Shown: one piece after another, positions 23,384 to 31,966 of the stretch | How positions within the stretch are numbered: the first letter of the stretch is position 1 | Layout: every line of letters begins with the position of its first letter | Assembly (NCBI RefSeq): GCF_004010195.1 | Contig: NC_057717.1 | Location: forward strand, 104,784,937 to 104,816,902 | Length of the DNA: 31,966 nt | Source of the DNA: Chiloscyllium plagiosum | Lineage: Eukaryota | Reading direction: 5' to 3' | The notes under the pieces: generated by a model | Databases searched by the model: none | What the model saw: only the letters and a program-made list of their open reading frames with translations | What the model was told of the DNA's origin: nothing | Made by a program: the position numbers and the translations under genes

Positions 23384-25239
23384 CTGTTGAGAAAGGTAAA
23401 AGGGATTTAAAGAAAAAAAACATAAGCTACATAATGCTACCGCCATGCTCACAAATGCAGAGTAGCTACACTCCTTGCTCTGACTGGGCTGACCCCCTCA
23501 AAAAACATTTTTTCAAAAGTCTGCATAGGAAAATTAATGCACACAATGTCTTCTGTGAGTTGGGGGTCAAAGCCAGTCACAGCTCCAATGACAGCACTAC
23601 CTTAGGGAGCATCTACATCATAGGATCCACATTATGCATACTAGAAATAAATTGCTGTGCTAAAACAATGCCACAACTAAACACAATTGGTAGCCAATGA
23701 TTTAAAAACTTCATTGAGCTATCAATGGTGCCCAGATTCAGTGCATAATAGTAACCGTGTGTCATTGATCTACGTCTTCTAACATGCACTGCCTATTGAT
23801 GCTAGGCAACACAAGCTGGTGAGAGCTGGCAAGAACCGCAAACAGACAACGTTGGCTATTTCTCTACTGGCATTCACTTATTTAGCTTTGTCGTTTGTTA
23901 TTATTTTTGTTCTCCCCTGCACTTCTCCTGATGATGTTGACTCATGCTTGAGCATAATTTTATGACTGGTGCCATTTCACCACCATTTTCCTTGAGTGAT
24001 CATGTGTGGGAGTGGACAATTCATAGGAGGAGAGGGTAGCCTTGAGCAAGATTCTGTCAAAACCTAATGCGAACTCTACTTTTAATAGATATTGATTAAA
24101 AAAAAATCTGGCTGATTTTTCTATCTCGGGGCGCCCAGTTTAGTTATATCAGCATAGCCATCAGCAAGCTCTAAGGCAATGTTAGAATATTCTCTTTCAC
24201 TAATCCTCTATTAATTTATATTCAGGAATCATATGGTGGTGGCAATACAATGATGACACACTGTCAAAATAACAAAAGTGGGATTTTGTACCACATGTGA
24301 CTGGTATATTGTTTATTTCACGACTCACAGGTGAAAATAATAAAGAGATGATATGGGCCCACAAAGCTTTGGTATTACCTCCACGTACAGGGCTTTTAAA
24401 TTAGTATCAAAAACAAACGAAGATGATCAATTCCTATGAAATGAATAATATTAAAATTCAACTGTGTATTAATCCAAATGATTTTACAAATGTTAAAATT
24501 AATAGAAGTTTAAATAATTATGACAAGGTTCAACTCTCATTGCATGAAAAACTCAGAGGCACTCGGATACCTTCTTCTCCTTGCTCAATTTGTGCATGAA
24601 CCTTGGTGGTGAATATGCCATGTCCTGGTGCATTTAGTCTATACTAACATAGCGCTTTTACCCATTGGGTCTTAGAATGATACGTGAATAGTTTAAATGG
24701 AAATGCACACTTCAACCTATATTTGATTTTTACATAAATTTTATAATGGGACGACCCCACTATCTGCCAATCAAAAGGAATCCCAATTTGGGCGCTAGCT
24801 ATTTCACAAATCCTTAGTGTACAATTTCTACCAGGTAGAGAAATTCAGCTAGTTACATTTCAGACAGTGAGGGAAACATTCTGCCAGCAAGACAAAAATC
24901 TGATTGTTCTAAATATTTATGTTTTACCAAGCTTCACATTCAGTGGCATGCAGAGAGCCAGTTGTGAGCATTTTATATGTTGTCAGGCAGCCACCTACAA
25001 GCAGAAAATCTACAATGGTGTAGAAGTACAAATAAAGTAAGAATCTTATGTTAATTAAGAAAAATAAGTAGGTTAATTCTTAATGCAGTGCATTCAGTAG
25101 ACTAAGGGAAGTTCACAAATGATTAACTATTTATTGAGGAATGGGCTTAATCACTGAACATCACATAAAGTAAATACTATTCAAATAAAAATACACAAGG
25201 ATGATAGCAAAACTGGGACAATATAGTAATAAGGAAATA

Positions 25240-25585
25240 ATAGATAGACTGAGCCTCTTTTACAGACGTTGTTAAAAATATGACAGGGCTTGATAGACCA
25301 AATGTAGAAAATGTTTCTACTTAATAGAGGAGTTTGCAACTAGAAGCCATAAGTCGTCACCAATAAATCCAATTGAGAATTTGGAAGAAACTTGTTGATC
25401 CAGAGAGTGGGATAATATTAAACTTGCTACTACAGTGGTTGAGAAAAACAACATTTAAGGGGAAATTATATAAGTCATGAGGCTGAATATGAAATGAAAA
25501 TAAGTGGAAGAGGATTGTGAGGAGCATAAATGCTCAACATTGGGCCGAATGATCTGTTTGTAGATTGCAGATTTTAAGCAATTGT
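25240..25585 (+). mobile_element. Highly decayed CR1-like LINE 3' end
   Basis: ttaaaaatatgacagggcttgatagac...caactagaagccataag...ttgggccgaatgatctgtttg. Confidence 0.55.
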
Positions 25586-25847
25586 ATTAAAACCGTTCCA
25601 AGCTTTTGTATCCTCCATTCCTTGAAGACAAACAATTCAATATTGAAAAAAAAATACAATATTTTTCCAGAATTACAGAAGTCACGATTTTATTAAGGAG
25701 AGAATAAATGTGAGGTTCATCAAGATAAAGGCCGACAGTTAAGGAATGCTTGGTGAGAGACCAAAAAACTGCTAATGCTGGAATCCAAAGTAGACTAGCA
25801 GGAGGCTGGAAGAACACAACAAGCCAAGCAGCATCAGGAGGTGGAGA

Positions 25848-25882
25848 AGTCGACATTTCGGGTGTAACCCTTCTTCAAGACT
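25848..25882 (-). ncRNA. Hammerhead motif, mutated
   Basis: AGTC-TTGAAGA-A-GGGT TAC ACCC-GAAAT-GTC-GACT; C3 changed to U. Confidence 0.6.
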
Positions 25883-27275
25883 AGGGGTGGGTGTGGGGGG
25901 AGCTGCAGAAAAAGGGAAGGAGAGGGCAGAGTGTGAAGTGGGGATAGGTGAAGACAGATAGAGGGTACGACCTGTTGGTCAAGGGGAAGAATTAATCCGG
26001 TTGGTGGCAGGGAGCAATGGAAGAGAGGGGGAAGGGCTGGGAAGGGAGTCGAGGGTTGGGGTGGGAGGTTATTTGAAATTGAAGAACTCAATGTTAAGTC
26101 TACCGAGCTGTAGGGTGTCCAGGCAAAAGATAAGGAGTTGATCCTCTAATAGGTGCTGTGGTTTGTTATGGCAATGGAGGGGGTCAAGGATGGTCATGTC
26201 TACCTCAAACCTCCAGACTCCTATAACTATCTGGACTACACCTCCTCCCACCCAGTATCCTGTAAGAACTCCATCCCATTCTCCCAACTCCTCCGCCTCT
26301 GCCACATCTACTCGGATGAGGAGACATTCCACTTGCAAGCATCCCAGATGTCCACCTATTTTGAACAATGTGCTTTTCCTCCTTCCCTCATCCAGACAGG
26401 CCTCTGCCACACCACCTACATTCCCCATTCCACCGCTCTAAACCTCCCTCCCTCCCAATGCAATAAAGACAAAGTCCCCCTTGTCCTCACCTATCACCCC
26501 ACCAGTCTCTGCAGCTAATGCATCACCGTCAAACACTTCTGCCAACTTCAAATGGACCCTACCACCAAGATCATCTTCACCTCCCACCCCTCTCTGCCTT
26601 CCACAAGGAAGAACACAGCAAGCCAGGCAGCATCAGGAGGTGGAGAAGCCGACTTTCTGAAAGTCCTTGGTTTACGCTACCCCCACCACCGAACCCCCAG
26701 GTACATTCCCGCAACCAGAAAAGGTACATCACCCCCGTAACCTCCATCCAGGGCCCCAAACAGTCCTTCCAGGTGAGACAGAGGTTCACCTGCCTCACTT
26801 TCAACCTGGTTTACTGCATCAGGTGCTCTCGATGTGGTCTTCTCTACATCAGGAGACTGAATGTAAATTTAAGGAATGGTTCACTGAGCATTACAGCTGG
26901 GCCTGCAGGGGCTGACTGGACCTCCCAGTCACCACCCATTTCATTTGCCCTTCCCACTCCCTTTCTGACATGACGTCCTTGGCCTCCTCCATTATCATAA
27001 CAAACCACAGCTCCTATTGGAGGAACAACACCTTATCTTCTACCTGGGCACCCTACAGCCCGGAGGACTCAACACTGAGTTCTTCAATTTCAAATAATCT
27101 CCCTCCCCATTACCCGACTCCCTTCCCAGCCTCTCCTCCTCCCTTCCACTGCTCCCTGTCACCAACCGGATTCATTCCTCCCATTGACCAGCCAGGTCAT
27201 ACTCTTCACCTATCCCCACTTCACCACCCTGCCCCCAATACCCCTTTATCTGCAGCTTCCCCTACGCTCACCTCC

Positions 27276-27310
27276 AGTCCTGAAGAAGGGTTATACCCGA
27301 AAGGTCGACT
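27276..27310 (+). ncRNA. Hammerhead motif, near intact
   Basis: AGTC-CTGAAGA-A-GGGT TAT ACCC-GAAAG-GTC-GACT; 4-bp stem I; stem III palindrome broken by C to G. Confidence 0.7.
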
Positions 27311-28250
27311 TCTCCACCTCCTGATGCTGCCTGGCTTGCTGAGTTCTTCCAGCCTCCTGCCTGTCTAGTTAAGGAATACTTGCCTCTTTGTGATAACTTC
27401 CAATTCAATTTTAGCAAGGATCCCCACAATCATTGCACCCTAACATTACTTTTGGGATGCTATAGAGTTACCAATTTTTTCTAAACTTGTGGGCAGAAAT
27501 GTCCTAGTCCCTTGATCGTGTGGGCAATGGTGAGTCAGTTGGGAAAATATGGCAATATCAGAAGGTATTAGAGCTCTTGATATTGAGAAAACTGATTCTG
27601 CATTCGTGTTTTGAATAACGCGACAAGAATCTCACATGGTGAACAGCGAGAGGTCTATCCATTGGTGATGGGTCAAGTTCCTCAGCACAAAAGTATGATT
27701 GTGTAGGTTTATGTGATGGATATCTTTGTTTGCATGTAAAGCAATGAAGCAGAAGCATGAATGTCACAATTGCCCCTGAGCTCCAAGAAAAGCATTGAAG
27801 GGCCGATATCATGTTTAAGTTTGTTGAGAAAAACCATGATGTTGTTGTGATGCTAGTGATTGGCTGATGCCAACTTGTGTGGTTGAACAATCATGGTCCA
27901 TAGACCATGAAGGTCATCTGAGGTAGCAAGCATTAATCGAGTTGCAGCTGCCAGGGACCTCCTCTGATTTACTTGTCAGGAATTTGCGTGTCTAGTTTCT
28001 TGGAAGAAGTGAGGAGAATCAGAACTGACATACAATGTGTGAATCTTGGGTTTTAACAAGATACAAATATGAAAATAAGGTCGTTACCACACAATGACTG
28101 AAATTCTGAAGTTGCCACCTAAAGCTTGAGGGGAAATTTGGGAAAATGTTATTCCGAGGCACAATCTGATATTTTTCACAATCATTATCAGCATATGTCT
28201 AAGTAAGAATACCCAGTTAGTACTTAATTACAGGTAGTGTAATTGTGAAT

Positions 28251-28321
28251 TTAAATCTTAATTAGTACAAATCCACAACTCGTGGATTGTGCATTATGAA
28301 TTTGTATTAATTAAGATTTAA
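28251..28321. repeat. 71-nt inverted repeat (28-bp arms, 15-nt loop)
   Basis: ttaaatcttaattagtacaaatccacaa versus ttatgaatttgtattaattaagatttaa; 25 of 28 Watson-Crick pairs. Confidence 0.85.
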
Positions 28322-29254
28322 CTGAATTCAGTGTAAAGTTAAGGTGCTTGCAGTTCTCATCTGTTTTCCTTTCCTTAGGCTTGAGAATGATATGGAAATT
28401 CAGAAATGTTTTGGGTTTTCTCTGCACAGTTTTAGGCAATGTGTAGCTGAATTCACATAAAGCTGACATCTGAAGCTCAAAATAATCATCACTTAGAGAA
28501 TTTTACAGATAGAAAATAAACCTGAATAAATTTTCATTCAGAATTGAAACTTTATAGCACATTCCAAGTTCCACTTGAATTTGTGTTCCATTTGAGGTCG
28601 ATCTCAATTGCTGCGTGTAAACTGTTATTCTTACCTGGATGTAAGAAGTCCTTACATTGTCATTCAGATGAGATGCTGGGGAGATTCACACGGATCTCTA
28701 ATTGATATTGTTAGCTTCTCAGTTATCTGAGTATTAAAGAACCCCCCCTTTTAAAAGACGCTTCTTTGCCCAACACAGGCCTTGATCACTGGTGATCCTC
28801 ACTGCCTTGAGGATATAGAAGGCAGACAAGGGAGGAGAAATGCAAAAAAAAAACCAAGAGAAAGGCCCTCCAATGGTTCCACTGTTAGATGCACCACATT
28901 TTCGATATGGAGTGTCACAGAACAAGAAGATATTATTGCTCTGTGCTGAGGTAACTGAACTCAGCTACGCTGCCAATAAGTGTACTTAGTATCCTTAAGA
29001 TAGTGAAAACAAAGAAAAATAAGAAGTTGGATTCGTGTTTCTAGTCACTCTGTGACCGTGCTGACACCCACAGTCCAAGTTCACAAATGAAGACCAGTGA
29101 TTTGGGTGAGATACCCAAGCAACAGTCAGCAGCTTCAGGTGAGAAGGGGAGAAAATTTGAAAAAAAAAGACAAGAAATGACAATTAAAACATTTCAGTAA
29201 TGAAGGTTTGAACACTGGATGAGTCCAAATGTTCCACTCTGCATGCTTGTCCAC

Positions 29255-29301
29255 AGAATTGATATATTACTATTTTTAAGAATTGATATATTACTATTTT
29301 T
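29255..29301. repeat. Perfect 23-bp tandem duplication
   Basis: agaattgatatattactattttt at 29255-29277 and 29279-29301. Confidence 0.9.
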
Positions 29302-30146
29302 GGTATCTCCATTTCATCATTTAATGACCTCAAATAAACCGTAGACACGTTTAGTGGCAATTTAATATATTTTTGGATCTTTTGTCATGGATGTAACATA
29401 AGACAAAAACGTCACATTTTGGTGACACTGTTTTGAAATCTCACCAAAATAGCTTCAAGCAGCGAAACCCAATGTGACGTGCATCAACATGCAACATGCA
29501 ATTATATCCTTTGACAGGCAGACCTTATGTGCTATTTTCTCAGCCATTGATTGACAAAATATTCAAAAGGGATCTATCTCAATTATCCAATGAACGTGCA
29601 TCATGGGATCGCCTTCTTCCATAGCAACAGGGAGGGAAGGTGATTCCACTCTAGTTTTTGAACATGATCAGGACAAGTGATTTGGTATGTGCCAATGAAT
29701 CACATGGATTCTACCTACTTACTGTTTTTGTTGTACAAGAGCTGTCATTGTGCATCAAAAAGTCTCAACAACAGTGAGAGTGGATTTCCCATGTGTATTT
29801 CAGCAACAGCAAATAACTTGTCCCAGACAGGAACTTAGGTATAGAAATCCTACTATATCAGCGTGCAACAAGTCACCTCTGATGTAAAGTAACAGGGACC
29901 ATAAAATTCATAAGGTTTGTAATTTTCTTAAGTTCTAATTGTCCAAAAAAGTTTAAAACATTCATATTTCTAGTTTAAATTTGTCTGAATAACCATTACT
30001 TGGAATGAACATTTACATTCATGTACACCATTTCATTAGTTAATACTTTCCCATTTTTATCTTAGTTCTTCAGTTTTCTTTACCTAATCTGACCACAGCC
30101 TAAATTATTCATAAATGAGAGAATGGCTAGACAACACATTCTCAGA

Positions 30147-30217
30147 TTCTGGATTAGTGGTGCTGGAAGAGCAAAGCAGTTCAGGCAGCATCCAAGGAGC
30201 TTCGAAATCGACGTTTT
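30147..30217 (-). mobile_element. 71-bp Penelope terminal fragment with a perfect 14-bp TSD
   Basis: aacacattctcaga at 30133-30146 and 30218-30231; the insert's reverse complement resembles 10330-10390. Confidence 0.85.
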
Positions 30218-31801
30218 AACACATTCTCAGAATCCTAGTTCTGTTCTTCTCCAACTTACAGATGGATTGTCTGATGCTGACTTGCTTTCCCTCAAGCAAA
30301 AGAACCATTACAATTGAATGGCTTATGCTCTGGACCATTTCAATAGATCAACTGAGATCTCAAAATTTACCATGGGGCTGATGATTTTCTGTCCCACTCA
30401 GCTGTCATGTTTGAACAGAAAATACAATTAATATGTTATTAAAATGCAAACTTGATGCCACATAATTCTTTGATTAAGCTTGCCTATATCTTATCCTCTT
30501 CAATTTGGTGATGTCCTGCACAGTGGGCCTTGATCTTTCTTCTGGGTTCGGCAAAAGAAATTTGAGGTGTTGAAACAAGAGGATCTACACTTGATCTCCC
30601 CTTTAAGGGATTTCTAACATTTGGAAGCTAAATTCCAGTTTCACCACTCTGCACTAAGGTCTGATTGAAATGCTAGCTATCTAACAAATATTCCAGGTTA
30701 GCTAATAGTCTCAAATCTAATCAAGAATTCAGATACGTACAAATATCGAAATGAAAAACAGTCAAGAATCTAATTAAGGGTTTGGATGATTTACTTACAC
30801 GGCACACTATAGACTAAAACTAATTGAGAGGTTCAGATAGTTTTTATACGATTAGGGATATCTGGCAATGAGTTGCAGTCAAACCAAATTACAGAGTTTG
30901 GATCTTACGCAAACATTTATAATGTGCAAAAATCAGTAGAAACTTTCAAAGGCAAACTGCACTTGAATAGGAGAAATTTGCAATGGAGAAACAATGGGCA
31001 ATGGAATAAATTAGACAGTATTTCAAAGAACTGGCACAGAATTTATGGATTGAATGGGCTCTTTTTATACTATCTCATTTTGTATAAACCTCAAATTGTA
31101 GACTATTGACTTGACATTACTATATTATAGGCTCATCATTTATTTTACTCAATTTTTCAATGGTCAATGAATAACTGATAAAGGGTCACTTTCCACTGGG
31201 AGGTTATACCTTTCACACTGAGGAATCAAAGACTGTGATATCATCACAAATCTAATAAGCAATTTTAGTCAGGAATGTCTGTTTCTCTGCATGACAGTCA
31301 CTGATTTTGCAATCTATTTAATGGAGGGAAAATCACAGGCTGTCACTTGTATAAATGAAAACTCTCAATCACTTTCTGATACTTTATTTTTACAATCTTA
31401 CATCCCTTAGCATATACCCAACAGATTACGGGGTCAGAATTACTCAATCATTGTAAATTGATTCATGAAGAGTTACCAAGTCATTTCCAGTTAGATATTC
31501 ATAAAGACCTCCTATTTTGCAGATGAACTTATGACGAATTCACATAAAGTACTTCTGCCCATGTCAAAATGCTGATTATTCTAAACATTTCATGCAAAGA
31601 CTTGTGAACAAAGTCTTGAGACCAAAACTGTGGAGGAACAATACTATTCACAGCAGTTAGATCAGGACAACCACGAGACTTCAAAACCAGGTTTTAAATT
31701 CTCAGTCATCCAGCCCAAGTAAAAACAAAGGAAAGTGAAGTAATATGGAATCACAAACTTTGAAAATAGGAAATAAAAGTACAAACACTAGAAGTTCAAA
31801 G

Positions 31802-31966
31802 TTTGAGAGACGATTTGTAGCTCGGGTGCTCGTTATTGTGGTTCTGTTCGCCGAGTTGGGAATTTGTGTTGCAGACGTTTCGTCCCCTGTCTAGGTGACA
31901 TCCTCAGTGCTTGGGAGCCTCCTGTGAAGTGCTTCTGTGATGTTTCCTCTGGCATTTATAGTGATT
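31802..31966 (-). mobile_element. Penelope-like element terminus, continues beyond the window
   Basis: CpG-rich young sequence carrying a hammerhead; layout like 451-600. Confidence 0.75.
31871..31910 (-). ncRNA. Minimal hammerhead ribozyme, intact core
   Basis: GCA-CTGAGGA-T-GTCACCT AGAC AGGGGAC-GAAAC-GTC-TGC: stem I GCA/TGC, stem II 6 of 7 pairs, ACGT palindrome, GUC triplet. Confidence 0.82.

Larger units (their letters stand above)
25753..27366. mobile_element. Penelope-like element with an inverted 3'-end duplication
   Basis: Plus-strand RT C-terminus (VYLKPPDSYNYLDYTSSHPVSCKNSIPFSQ) and GIY-YIG (FTC..NLVYCIRCSRCGLLYI); 25791-26200 is the inverted copy of 26967-27367; TSD agttaaggaatgcttg (25737-25752) and agttaaggaatacttg (27367-27382). 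Confidence 0.93.

Noticed and set aside
23925..23960. CTGATGA box as a hammerhead
   Set aside because: No downstream GAAA or closing stem II
30788..30825. gtaagt donor with nearby AGs as a microexon
   Set aside because: Options are 8 nt (frameshift) or 15 nt with a stop, and the exonic donor context is weak

Overview
Eukaryotic genomic DNA, most likely a shark or other elasmobranch (inferred from HE1-type SINEs, HER1/CR1-like LINEs and Penelope elements). The whole window lies inside one minus-strand gene for a Cav2 voltage-gated calcium channel alpha-1 subunit, best matching CACNA1B (Cav2.2, N-type). Three constitutive repeat-III exons have canonical GT-AG ends and compatible phases: 15537-15633 (S4 voltage sensor), 15071-15231 (S5) and 1941-2081 (pore loop, TGEGW). 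The long upstream intron holds a 12-nt microexon at 18436-18447 (SLMG), the apparent orthologue of mammalian e24a (SFMG/SFVG). It also holds an unrecognised candidate cassette exon at 23336/23360-23383, with a strong acceptor and two stop-free, frame-preserving donors, which would lengthen the same IIIS3-S4 loop. The 13-kb intron (2082-15070) is a nest of decayed transposons: a CR1 LINE split by a Gypsy LTR element, which itself carries SINEs and Tx1 3' ends; also Rex1/Babar, Penelope, Harbinger and Tigger-like pieces. Tx1 3' ends recur at one 12-bp motif in the LTR. Six Penelope-type minimal hammerhead ribozyme motifs are present, and the two with intact cores lie on the channel's sense strand. 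Nearly all ORF-track entries are spurious or TE fragments.
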